From: Parcubacteria group bacterium Gr01-1014_31 | GTDB lineage: Bacteria > Patescibacteriota > Patescibacteriia > Buchananbacterales > GWA2-38-13 | Assembly (NCBI GenBank): GCA_007376135.1 | Contig: VMFR01000002.1 | Coordinates: 28,870 to 92,869, forward strand | DNA: 64,000 nt | Direction of reading: 5' to 3' | Shown: positions 1 to 9,142 of the stretch, piece by piece | Layout: each line of letters starts with the position of its first letter | Numbering within the stretch: position 1 is the stretch's first letter | Program-made: the position numbers and the translations under genes | Notes under the pieces: model-generated | What the model was told of the DNA's origin: nothing | Seen by the model: the letters and a program-made list of their open reading frames with translations, nothing else | Databases searched by the model: none

Positions 1-558
1 GAAACGTCGGGATTTACCGGCATCTTCCTTGAGCATCGCTTCCAATTTGGCCAAGTCCTTGTGCGGATAGATGCGCTTGGCTACACGCTCCCCCTTGCAC
101 AGACGCAGGCCGTCAATAATGGAAGCGTGGTTCAGTTCATCCGAGTAGATAAAATCCGGCGCGGCTGCTGGGTCACCCAGCGGGTCGTTCACGATGGTGG
201 CGAAGAACGCTTCGTTGGCCGCAAAGCAGGAAGAAAAAAGAATGGCATCTTCGGTGCCCAAGAATTTGGCCAACCGCTGCTCCAACTCGCAGTGGATCTC
301 CTGCGTGCCACAGATGAAACGCACCGATGCCGTGCCATACCCGTACCGGTCAAGTGCCTTCTTTGCAGCCGCAACCACGGCAGGGTGGTTCGCTAAACCG
401 AGATAGTTGTTGGCGGCAAACTGCAAAACTTTTTTGCCGATAACCTCCACCTCCGGGCCCTGCGGAGTGCTATACGGCACCTCTATTTTTTCCCGGTGCT
501 CGGCGCGCAGTTGTTCCACGCTGCCGGAAAGCCGTTCAAGGAAGTTTTTTGAATACAT
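1..558 (-). CDS. kbl: 2-amino-3-ketobutyrate CoA ligase (glycine C-acetyltransferase), partial; C-terminus runs off window start
   Basis: Reverse-strand translation from ATG at 558 gives MYSKNFLERLSGSVEQLRAEHREKIEVPYS...FAANNYLGLANHPAVVAAAKKALDRYGYGTASVRFICGTQEIHCELEQRLAKFLG, which matches the Kbl/AONS class-II aminotransferase N-terminus. Not in ORF track because it lacks an in-window stop. Confidence 0.8.
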   Translation of the reverse strand, partial: MYSKNFLERLSGSVEQLRAEHREKIEVPYSTPQGPEVEVIGKKVLQFAANNYLGLANHPAVVAAAKKALDRYGYGTASVRFICGTQEIHCELEQRLAKFLGTEDAILFSSCFAANEAFFATIVNDPLGDPAAAPDFIYSDELNHASIIDGLRLCKGERVAKRIYPHKDLAKLEAMLKEDAGKSRRF

Positions 559-700
559 AGATTGAGACTGTAAAGAAATAGCTGAAAAGTGGAAAGAAAT
601 TAGCCTTCGAGCTTGTCGAGAAGCTACCTTTTGGCAATCTTCTCGACTCGCGCGGCTCGCTCGAAGTATAAAAAATATTATTCTACAGTTTCAGATTTAA

Positions 701-1927
701 TTACTTTCCCGGCACGCTGCCCGGATACAGGAGTACCTTAATTGCCTTGCCGTTCTGCAGCGCCGCGAACCCTTCGTCGTACTTGGAGAGCGGCAGGCGG
801 TGCGTGATGATGCCATGTTGAAGAATGGTCTCTCCCAGCCCCTGCGAGAACAGCTCCTGCATCAGGTGCCAGGAATCAAAGACGCGGCGGCCGAATACTC
901 CGTGGATGGTCAGCCCGCGGAAGATGACCTGCTGGGAAAAATTCAGCGGATACGTGCCGCCGGGCAGCCCCAGCAGCGTCAGTTTCCCGCCCAGCCGGAG
1001 GTTTGAGAACGCATCGTCGTAGGCGCGGTAGTTGCCCGACAGCTCAAACACCACATCCACACCATTGCCGCCGGTCAGTTCATTAACCTTGGCACGCAAT
1101 GCTTCCCGCGCGCCCGGAGCAAGCATATTAAAACAGGCGTCCGCACCCAGTTGCTTGGCGATTTCCAGTTTATCCAACGCGCCCTCGGGCAAGGCGTCGG
1201 TGCAAATAATGGGCCCCGCCCCCAATTTTTTCGCAATGGCAACCGATACTAACCCCTGCACCCCGCACCCGGTGATCATCAAACTGCGGCCGACAATGTC
1301 GGTGGACTGCACCATATGCACGCTATTGCCGATGGCGTCCATAAAGGCAATAACATCCGGCGGGATCTCACCCTTGGCGAACAGCACCACGTCCTCGGCC
1401 GGCACCAGCACGTACTCGGCGTAGCTGCCGTCCATGTGGATGCCCTGGACCTTGGTCTTTTGGCACAGGTGCCGCTGCCCAATGGAACACTGCAGACATT
1501 GCCCGCAGGTCACGTGCATCTCGGCCGTGGCGTAGAACTCCGAACGCAGCAGGTTGGGAAATTTGGGGTCGGCGGCCAGTTCCTGCGCGGAGCGGCTGCC
1601 GACGAACCGCTTGATGTGTTCATTGCCGAACGGCCGCTGGGTGACGAGGTTGGCGAGATGCTGAAGTGCCTGTATTCCCCAGTCGGACAACTCCCCGCAG
1701 AACTCGTGGCCGATGGTCACGCGCTCACCCGGCACTCCAGTCATGCTTTCCGCCAAGGCCTGGCTGGCCCGGTAGATGGATACGTCCGTGCCGCACACTC
1801 CGCTGGCGTAGACTTTGATCTTCACCTGGTCGGCGGACCCGACCTTCGGTTCGGGAACGTCTAACAACTGAAAACCTTTCGGCCACTCGCTCCCGGGCTT
1901 GGGAATCGGTTTGACAATGGCACGCAT
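701..1927 (-). CDS. tdh: L-threonine 3-dehydrogenase-like Zn-dependent dehydrogenase (MDR family), with ~60-aa insertion after the catalytic GHE motif
   Basis: 408-aa ORF. Motifs: GVCGTDVSIY, GHEFCGE, structural-Zn Cys cluster CGQCLQCSIGQRHLC, Rossmann ITGCGVQGL, C-terminal ITHRLPLSKYDEGF...KVLL like Tdh. Sits upstream of and co-oriented with kbl. Confidence 0.75.
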   Translation of the reverse strand: MRAIVKPIPKPGSEWPKGFQLLDVPEPKVGSADQVKIKVYASGVCGTDVSIYRASQALAESMTGVPGERVTIGHEFCGELSDWGIQALQHLANLVTQRPFGNEHIKRFVGSRSAQELAADPKFPNLLRSEFYATAEMHVTCGQCLQCSIGQRHLCQKTKVQGIHMDGSYAEYVLVPAEDVVLFAKGEIPPDVIAFMDAIGNSVHMVQSTDIVGRSLMITGCGVQGLVSVAIAKKLGAGPIICTDALPEGALDKLEIAKQLGADACFNMLAPGAREALRAKVNELTGGNGVDVVFELSGNYRAYDDAFSNLRLGGKLTLLGLPGGTYPLNFSQQVIFRGLTIHGVFGRRVFDSWHLMQELFSQGLGETILQHGIITHRLPLSKYDEGFAALQNGKAIKVLLYPGSVPGK

Positions 1928-1931
1928 AATG

Positions 1932-2465
1932 TTAGCTTCCCTGATTCTTGATTCGTGATTCTTGATTCGACGATTCGAATCGTTTGATCATAATGACCTC
2001 GGCGTTGCCGAAAAGAAAATCCTTGAGCGTGGCTTCCACTTCGGCGCCCAGGACCTTGCGGTAGGCCCGCTGGGCGACGTTGTCGCTCGCGGTATCCACT
2101 TTGATGGCATGGAGTTCCCTCCCGACCTGCTCGCGCACGAACGTCTGCACCGCGGAAAGTCCCTGCTCCATCATGGCCGTTGCCACCCCCTGGTTGCGGT
2201 GGTCGGGGTGCACCCCCAGCTGCTCCAGCTCCACCACGCCCGCCTGGAACCCGCCGATGAAGCTCCATGAGCTGTAGCCGATGATGCGGCCGTCGCGCAG
2301 CGCCACGAAGTACTGGGTTTTTGGATAGGCGGTCATGCCGCCGCGATGCCACGCCTCGGTCAACGCGGCCGTACCGTTATCCTGCGGAAAGCACACCTGC
2401 GCCACGGCAACAATGCCGGGGAGGTCGTTGGGCGTAGCGGGACGGACGGTCACGAGGGTGGGCAT
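1932..2465 (-). CDS. GNAT family N-acetyltransferase
   Basis: 177-aa ORF with acetyl-CoA motif HPDHRNQGVATAMM (R/Q-x-x-G-x-A/G). Confidence 0.7.
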   Translation of the reverse strand: MPTLVTVRPATPNDLPGIVAVAQVCFPQDNGTAALTEAWHRGGMTAYPKTQYFVALRDGRIIGYSSWSFIGGFQAGVVELEQLGVHPDHRNQGVATAMMEQGLSAVQTFVREQVGRELHAIKVDTASDNVAQRAYRKVLGAEVEATLKDFLFGNAEVIMIKRFESSNQESRIKNQGS

Positions 2466-2473
2466 AGGGGGCG

Positions 2474-4158
2474 CTATTCAACGGTCACGCTCTTGGCTAA
2501 ATTTCTCGGCTTGTCCACTTCGCAATTACGCAGCAGGGCGACTTCATAGGCAAACAGCTGCAGCGGCACGGCGGCCAGGATCGGGGTCAGCATCTCCAGG
2601 GTCTTGGGGATCCAAATGACGTCGTTGGCAACCTTGCCGATGTGCTCGTCGCCGGCGGTCGCGACCGCGATGACCGGCCCGCCGCGCGCCCGCAATTCCT
2701 GCAGGTTCGAAAGGCTCTTCTCATACACGCTGTCTTGCGGGGCGAAAAACACGCTGGGGAAATTGGCATCGATCATCGCCAGCGGCCCATGCTTAAGCTC
2801 GCCCGACGGGTATCCTTCCGCGTGCACGTAGGAAATTTCCTTCAACTTGAGCGCACCCTCCAGGGCGGACGGGAAATTGTACTTGCGGCCCAGGTAGAGG
2901 AAATTAGGATAGGCCTGGTAGCGTTCGGCCAGCTTGGCGATGGCGGCGCGCTGGGTCAGGATCTGCTCGATCTTGGCGGGCAGCGCCTTGAGCTCGTTAA
3001 TGATGCGATTCCCGGTCACCAGCGACATCTGCCGCTGGCGCCCGAGCGTCACGGTCATCAGCGCGAGCACCGTCAGCATACCGGTGTACGCCTTGGTGGA
3101 CGCCACGCCGATCTCCGGCCCGACGTGCAGGTACACGCCCGCATCGGTCATCCGCGCGATGGTGGAGCCAACCACATTGACGATGCCCAGCACCAGACAC
3201 CCTTTCTGTTTGGCTTCCTGGATGGAGGCGATGGTGTCGGCTGTTTCCCCGGACTGCGAAATGGCAATGACCGCGGTCCCCTCATCTAGCACCGGCTTGC
3301 GGTAGCGAAACTCCGACGCCACCATCACTTCCGTGGGAATGCCGGCGTACTCTTCCAGCATGTATTCGCCGACCAGCCCCGCGTGGTACGCCGTGCCGCA
3401 CGCGATGATGGTGACGCGTTGGACCTTGGCCAACCGCTCGGCGACCAGCTCCAGCCCGCCGAGCTTGGCCAGCCCGCGCTCCGGGATGCTCCTGCCCTGC
3501 TGGGCAGCCGCGACCGCGGCCGGCTGCTCGAAGATCTCTTTGAGCATGTAGTGCGCGTACCCGCCGCGCTCCACGTCGTCCACAGTCCACTCCACAGACT
3601 CGTGCTCGCGCTGCACCGGTTGGTGCGATGCGATAGTAACGATCTGCATGCCCGCCGGAGTAATGGTCGCCATCTCGCCGTCCTCCAGGTACACTACCTT
3701 GCTGGTGTGCTCAATGATGGGCGAAATGTCGGACGCGATGATGAATTCACCGTCGCCGACCCCGACCACCAGGGGGGAACCGTGCCGCGCGGCAATGAGC
3801 TGCTGCGGGGCGGCCGGGTCCATCACCAGCACGCCGTAGGTGCCGCGCACCTGCTGCAAACCTTTGCGCACCGCCTGCGGCAGACTGGTGCCGTCAGCTA
3901 AAATTTCTTCGAACAGGTGAGCCAAAACTTCCGTGTCGGTCTCTGACTTGAACACGTGGCCGGCCTTCTGCAGTTTCTCCTTGAGCGTCGCATAATTCTC
4001 GATAATGCCATTATGCACCACCTGCAATTGCCGCCGGCATCCGCTGTGCGGGTGCGCGTTGGCTTCCGTCGGCCCGCCGTGGGTCGCCCACCGCGTATGC
4101 GCGATGCCGACGTGCAGTATCGTGCCGGGCGTACCATTGAACCTACAATTCCGCACAT
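2474..4158 (-). CDS. glmS: glucosamine-6-phosphate synthase (glutamine--fructose-6-phosphate aminotransferase) with N-terminal lesion (frameshift plus ~50-aa deletion)
   Basis: Long ORF 2474..4228 carries GIAHTRWATHG, NGIIENY and both SIS domains through the C-terminal KPRNLAKSVTVE. The canonical MCGIVG start (ATG at 4158) is in a different frame and joins the GIAHTRW region after only ~11 codons. Confidence 0.7.
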
Positions 4159-4242
4159 AACGTTGCAGAATTAGGAATACGGGAAGGGGAACTTCCCGCT
4201 TCTGGCCAACCCATAATTCCTGATCCATAATTCCTTATTCGA

Positions 4243-4980
4243 TTACAATTTCTCCCACAGCGCATTAAAAAGTATACGCTGGGTTTGAGAAAGGTTCTCA
4301 TCCTCAATGGTAACGCCGATCGGCGTGCCGCTGCTGTCCACGGTGATGAGCGCGAGTTTCCCGGGATAGATGATCTGGTAGGTCGGCGCCGGTTGCTCGG
4401 TCTTCAGCCACTTGCGCTCGTCCAGACCGCGGGTCTCCCCGCCCGGACCAAGGGCGATGACCTTGACCTGGATACCGGCCTTGATGCGGTCCTTGGTGAA
4501 ATTCTGGTAGAGCTTGTAGAGATGTTCGCGGATCTGCGCCGACGAGTAGACGGCGTACTCTTTAACGTCGGCCGCCTGGCAGGTCGCAATGACGTCCGCC
4601 AAGATGCCCTTGACGCCCGCATGCCCCTCCGCGAACCGGGCGACCGGCTTGCCGCCCGCGGTGTCGTGCATAGAACGCAACTGCGGCACGATGTCGGAGA
4701 GCGCCGTGCGCGTGGCCGCCAGCTCCTCCTCGCGGTGGCGCACGACGTCAGAAAGCTTTCCCGGGTCCTCGGCGATAAAGTACTGCTTTTTCTCCTGGTG
4801 GTAGTAGCTGACCAGCCCCTGGGCGATGAGCTCACGCAGGATATCATAGGTGGTACCGCGGTTGATCTGCGCCGCTTCCGCGATGCGCCGTACGGGTGAC
4901 GGCCCCAGCCGAAGACATGCCAGATAGACGGTGACGACCTTATCGGAAAACCCAAGCTGTTTTAATACATTTTCCACCAT
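4243..4980 (-). CDS. TrmB-family sugar-responsive transcriptional regulator
   Basis: Internal ATG at 4980 gives MVENVLKQLGFSDKVVTVYLACLRLGPSPVRRIAEAAQINRGTTYDILRELIAQGLV, an N-terminal winged HTH typical of TrmB, followed by a C-terminal sugar-binding-like domain. The ORF-track start at 5025 is TTG. Confidence 0.65.
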   Translation of the reverse strand: MVENVLKQLGFSDKVVTVYLACLRLGPSPVRRIAEAAQINRGTTYDILRELIAQGLVSYYHQEKKQYFIAEDPGKLSDVVRHREEELAATRTALSDIVPQLRSMHDTAGGKPVARFAEGHAGVKGILADVIATCQAADVKEYAVYSSAQIREHLYKLYQNFTKDRIKAGIQVKVIALGPGGETRGLDERKWLKTEQPAPTYQIIYPGKLALITVDSSGTPIGVTIEDENLSQTQRILFNALWEKL

Positions 4981-5285
4981 ACCCGGTAGGACAATGGTCG
5001 AATATGTGCGATTCTCACGTAACAACGGAGAATACTCTTATACTGACTTAGATTATTCCTCACCCGTCCATTGTACTGCCGGGCATATTAGGGATACGGA
5101 GCACTGTATTCCACCCTCGTTTACTTGTCAACTATTTTTCTACACAATTTGTGGATAAACGATTATTTTATCTAAAAATAGACAAAATTTGGGTATATAA
5201 TCTGTCAATAAATATCTATCATATCTGCTCGTCCCAATGCGTCGGCCCCACCAAATTCCTGTAACCCCTTCTCTCTGAACTGCGA

Positions 5286-5314
5286 TTGACGCAAGCCACA
5301 CAGTACGGTATAAA
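5286..5314 (+). promoter_or_regulatory. sigma70-like promoter (TTGACG-17-TATAAA) upstream of PGI/PMI gene
   Basis: TTGACG at 5286-5291, a 17-nt spacer, TATAAA at 5309-5314, within an AT-rich intergenic region. Confidence 0.45.
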
Positions 5315-5414
5315 GATTTCGCTCACTGGAACTAACCACGACTCATCAAAGGAGGTAAAACAGAAAATATCGCTCGAAGTTTCCCGTTCTTTTATCCACT
5401 CATTTGGAGGTACC

Positions 5415-6536
5415 GTGAAAACTGCGAAGACCAAAACATCTGCGTCGCGAACCACCGCACCGCAACGGCTCTTGGACGACTCCCGACGGCTCACGACGGG
5501 CGCGTTCGGCGCATTCGCCGAATCGGTCGTACAATTCGCCAACCAGTGCCGGCAAGTGGTTGCCGACACGAAGCGGCTGAAACTGCCGTCCGCGTATCGG
5601 CAGGTCGATAACGTCGTTATCAACGGCATGGGCGGCTCGGGCCTGGGCACCGACGTACTGCTCTCGGCGTTCGCGGCACACTTGCGCTGTCCCGTCGTCC
5701 TGACGCACGATTACATCGTGCCCAATTTCGTCGGTCCCCGCACCCTGTACCTGGCCTGCAGCTACTCCGGCAACACCGAAGAGGTGTTGGTGGCACTCTG
5801 GGATGCGTTTGGCCGTCGCGCCAAGATCGCGGCGATGTCGGCGGGCGGACGCTTGGCGCAAACGGCGCGCCGACTCAAGCTGCCGGCGTACATCTACGCC
5901 ACGCCGCACAACCCTTCGGGCCAGCCGCGGCTGGGCCTGGGCTACTCGATGCTCGGCGTCTGGGCGCTGCTGGGCAAGGCTGGCGTGCTCCCCTGCACCG
6001 AAAGACTGGTCGGCCAGTTCCTCGCCGCCACGGAATCGGCGTCGCGGCGGTTTTCTCCCACCGTGCGCACCCAGCGCAACCCCGCCAAACGGACGGCGTT
6101 GGGCCTGCACGGCCGGTTGCCGCTCATCATCAGCGGCAACCCGCTGTCGGGTGCGGCCCACACGTTCGCTAACCAATGCCACGAGAGCGCCAAACACCTG
6201 ACGGCGCACTTCACGCTGCCGGAGCTCAACCACCACCTACTGGAAGGGCTGAAGCACCCGGCGGCTGCCCGCACACTGGCGGCCGTGCTCATTGAATCGC
6301 CCAACGACCTGCCGGCCATCCGCCGCCGCATCGCCGTCACCGCCCAGGTCTTTGCACGCCACCGTATTCCGGTGCTCCGCTACCGCACGGCTCGGGGCCC
6401 CTGGATCGCCCAAGCAGGCGAAGCGCTCCAACTGGGCGTCTACACCAGCTGGTACCTAGCGGCGTTGAACGGCGTCAACCCGCAAGCCATTCCCTGGGTC
6501 GATTTTTTCAAACGAACACTGGCCGCACGACGGTAA
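5415..6536 (+). CDS. bifunctional phosphoglucose/phosphomannose isomerase (SIS-domain PGI/PMI family)
   Basis: GTG start at 5415 sits 6 nt after GGAGG. Motifs INGMGGSGLG and SYSGNTEE are typical of archaeal-type PGI/PMI. The upstream part of the listed ORF lacks an RBS. Confidence 0.7.
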   Translation: MKTAKTKTSASRTTAPQRLLDDSRRLTTGAFGAFAESVVQFANQCRQVVADTKRLKLPSAYRQVDNVVINGMGGSGLGTDVLLSAFAAHLRCPVVLTHDYIVPNFVGPRTLYLACSYSGNTEEVLVALWDAFGRRAKIAAMSAGGRLAQTARRLKLPAYIYATPHNPSGQPRLGLGYSMLGVWALLGKAGVLPCTERLVGQFLAATESASRRFSPTVRTQRNPAKRTALGLHGRLPLIISGNPLSGAAHTFANQCHESAKHLTAHFTLPELNHHLLEGLKHPAAARTLAAVLIESPNDLPAIRRRIAVTAQVFARHRIPVLRYRTARGPWIAQAGEALQLGVYTSWYLAALNGVNPQAIPWVDFFKRTLAARR

Positions 6537-6548
6537 TCTGCCCCCACT

Positions 6549-7211
6549 ATGGTGCGCGCAGTGCTTTTCGATCTGGATGGCGTGCTGATGGAAACGGAGC
6601 TTCAAACATTCCACTTCTACCAGGACGAACTCAAGCGGCGGTACGGCATCACGCTGTCCAATGACGCGTTCCGTTTTAAAGCTGGGCGAAAATCGGCCGA
6701 TTTCTGGTGTGACGCACTAAATGACGAACAGCGCCGGACAGTGGACACCACCGCGCTCACCAGGTATAAACGCGAACATTTCGGCGCCACGCCATCGCGC
6801 TACATCAGCCGAGTGCAGGGCGGTCCAGAACTCCTGGCAGTGCTGCGGCAAACTGGGGTTCCGCTAGCGCTCGCCTCACAAAATGAACCTTTCATGATCA
6901 ACGCAGCGGTCGACTGGCTGGGGATTCGGGATTACTTTTCCGTTATTCTCACGATCGCCGATATCAAACGATTGAAACCTGACCCCGAAATTTACCTCCT
7001 GGCCGCGGACCGGTTGAACGTACAGCCGACTGACTGTGTCGTCATCGAAGACTCACGGGACGGCGTCGGAGCGGCGAAGAACGCCGGGATGTATTGTATT
7101 GCCATTCGCCACCCCTACACACCGTTTGGACACCTCGACCGGGCCGACCGCATCGTCGAGCGTTTCACGGAACTGACCCCGACGCTGATCGCTGGAACAC
7201 TCTCACGATAA
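6549..7211 (+). CDS. HAD-IA family hydrolase (beta-phosphoglucomutase-like phosphatase)
   Basis: Motif I FDLDGVL at the N-terminus and motif IV EDSRDGVGAAKNAG. Confidence 0.75.
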   Translation: MVRAVLFDLDGVLMETELQTFHFYQDELKRRYGITLSNDAFRFKAGRKSADFWCDALNDEQRRTVDTTALTRYKREHFGATPSRYISRVQGGPELLAVLRQTGVPLALASQNEPFMINAAVDWLGIRDYFSVILTIADIKRLKPDPEIYLLAADRLNVQPTDCVVIEDSRDGVGAAKNAGMYCIAIRHPYTPFGHLDRADRIVERFTELTPTLIAGTLSR

Positions 7212-7269
7212 AAAGAAACGGGCCGGAGGTTGTCCGACCCGTGCTATCGGGTTGTGGGAATGTGCGAGG

Positions 7270-7992
7270 CTACTCGAGTTCCGACGGGATACCGTCATCC
7301 GCGAGCGCCATGTCGACGCTCATGAGTGCCAGCATCTGCGGGCTGATCTCGCTGTTGTCCACGAAGTGATCGATAGCTGCCCACCGCTTTCGGAAGTACG
7401 AAATTTCGAACTCCTGGGTGAGCTTGAACCGCTCGAGCACTTCGGCGCCCTTGCGGTGCCGGTCACGTTCGCGCAGGCGCACGAGGCGCACCGGCGCAGG
7501 AGCGTGGACGAACAGCAGACCGTCGATGAACTCACGTAGCTCGGGGATGGCGACGCCATCGAACACGATCAGCCGTCGGCGCGACGGGCTCGCGGGCGGG
7601 ATGATGATCTCGCCAGTGAGTTCGCCGCCATCGGCACGATTGTAGACGTTCTTCAGGTGAACGCCGTCGCCGTTACGCAGCGTGCGCAGCACGTGCCCGG
7701 CACGATCGAAGTCCCACCAACGGAGCTGGTCGCGACGTAGCGCCCCCTCTTCTGGCGAAACCCGATCGCCCTCGGCCAGCCAGAGTTTTCGCTGGCGGCT
7801 CGAGAGGATGAAGAACGCATCGAGGGGAAGCTCGAAGCTATCGAAACCGAGGTCGTGGGCAGTGGCCACGGCACAGGGACCGATGTGGGTGGTCTTGCCC
7901 GCGCCGGCCTGACCGGTGATGCCAAGAATGGCGACCTGCCGCGCCTGGCCGAGACCGTCGATGATCTCACGGAATGGATTGTGGCTAGACAT
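7270..7992 (-). CDS. P-loop kinase of the uridine kinase/phosphoribulokinase family
   Basis: ATG at 7992 gives MSSHNPFREIIDGL. Walker A motif is ILGITGQAGAGKTT. The longer ORF-track N-terminus (Ser/Arg-rich) is a GC-bias extension. Start overlaps the upstream HAD gene by 8 nt. Confidence 0.55.
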   Translation of the reverse strand: MSSHNPFREIIDGLGQARQVAILGITGQAGAGKTTHIGPCAVATAHDLGFDSFELPLDAFFILSSRQRKLWLAEGDRVSPEEGALRRDQLRWWDFDRAGHVLRTLRNGDGVHLKNVYNRADGGELTGEIIIPPASPSRRRLIVFDGVAIPELREFIDGLLFVHAPAPVRLVRLRERDRHRKGAEVLERFKLTQEFEISYFRKRWAAIDHFVDNSEISPQMLALMSVDMALADDGIPSELE

Positions 7993-8692
7993 GCGCCACC
8001 TCCCTTCGCCAGCTGTCGTCCAGCAGGCAGGACCCGTTCGCCAGCAGCTCATCCCGACCGTCGGGAAAGATGATGGCACCAGCATAGCCGGCAGAGATGG
8101 CCGGGGGTCCGTCCGAGAAATCACGGTCACCGACCGACAGGCAGGCCTCCGGGGGAAGGTGGAGACGCTGCGCCAGACGGGCGAAGAACTGCGGATCCGG
8201 CTTGGACACCGCGAGCGTCTCAGCGCCGTAGATGGGCGCAACGGGAAGCGCGGAGCGCAACCCGACACTCTTGAGCACGCGCTCCCCCACCACCGCGGGC
8301 GAGTTGGTGCCGAACGCGATGACCGAGAAACGCTCCGCCAGCCGCTGGAAGAACACACACACCACATCGTCGGCGGTGAGCGATCCCTCCGGCTGCCACA
8401 CGCGGCAGCGCAGCTGATGCCATTCGTCGGCGGTGACCCCCAGGGCGTAGACCGCTTCGGTCAGCGTAACCGGCCGTCCGGCGGTGCGACCCAGTTTTTG
8501 GCGAATGGTGTGCAGCTGGGCTGCGACCGTCTCTGGTGCCTGGCCTTTCAGCTGGGCAATTGCGGCGATCTCGCCACAGCTGCTGGCGCTGAAGTAGCCG
8601 GGGTTGGAGTAGACGGTGTTGTCGATGTCGAAGATGACCCCCTTGATAACGGGCGGGGTCGGCCCGGCTTTCGGTTTAACGTAAACCTTCAT
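7985..8692 (-). CDS. HAD family hydrolase
   Basis: ATG at 8692 is preceded by GGAGAG (8 nt upstream). N-terminal DxD motif in VIKGVIFDIDNTVY, plus SVGDRDFSDG motif IV. Confidence 0.65.
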   Translation of the reverse strand: MKVYVKPKAGPTPPVIKGVIFDIDNTVYSNPGYFSASSCGEIAAIAQLKGQAPETVAAQLHTIRQKLGRTAGRPVTLTEAVYALGVTADEWHQLRCRVWQPEGSLTADDVVCVFFQRLAERFSVIAFGTNSPAVVGERVLKSVGLRSALPVAPIYGAETLAVSKPDPQFFARLAQRLHLPPEACLSVGDRDFSDGPPAISAGYAGAIIFPDGRDELLANGSCLLDDSWRREVAHV

Positions 8693-8933
8693 CACGTACT
8701 CTCTCCTCTCGCAGGAAGGCCAACCTTGGAAATACCACGAACAAAACTTGTGCAACAGATGTTGCCTCCTTTTCTTGGTACACCGCACGTGCGCTTGCAT
8801 CCAAATTTCTTCAGAAAACCCCGCAGGACATCCCGCGGATTGCCACGTCAGAACATGGGTTGATTTGTCAAAGGCCGTACTGAAGGAGCACAGCGCAAGC
8901 CGCCGGCATGACCCGATGGCCTGCGCCCTACTC

Positions 8934-8964
8934 CAAAAAAACTTTGCGCTCCCTGCGCAAAGTT
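8934..8964 (-). terminator. rho-independent terminator after nucleotidyltransferase gene
   Basis: Hairpin AACTTTGCGC/GCGCAAAGTT followed by a T-tract on the minus strand. Confidence 0.55.
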
Positions 8965-9142
8965 ACAAACCTCTTGAAGAACCTTTACCGGCCGAGGAGA
9001 AATTGAAAAATCCTGCTCCGCGAACTATCGACAACGCCTGGATTTTCGCTTTGATGAAACGATTTTTTGCCATTGCCGACATACTGTAAAATCATCATAC
9101 TTCATCATACAGTATTGTCAAGCTGTACTATCCACACCGGAT

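Noticed and set aside
4229-4242. glmS ribozyme upstream of glmS
   Set aside because: Only 14 nt separate glmS from the preceding gene, so there is no room for the ~170-nt ribozyme.
5400-6236. 278-aa antisense ORF within the PGI/PMI gene, and many similar antisense ORFs (e.g. 1316..1864, 2642..3289, 24003..25139, 48221..50167)
   Set aside because: Arg/Ala/Gly-rich products of opposite-strand frames of well-supported genes are a GC-content artefact.
8748-9089. 113-aa ORF between the HAD gene and the nucleotidyltransferase gene
   Set aside because: It lies in a terminator/promoter intergenic region with a palindrome-rich sequence, and has no RBS or conserved motifs.
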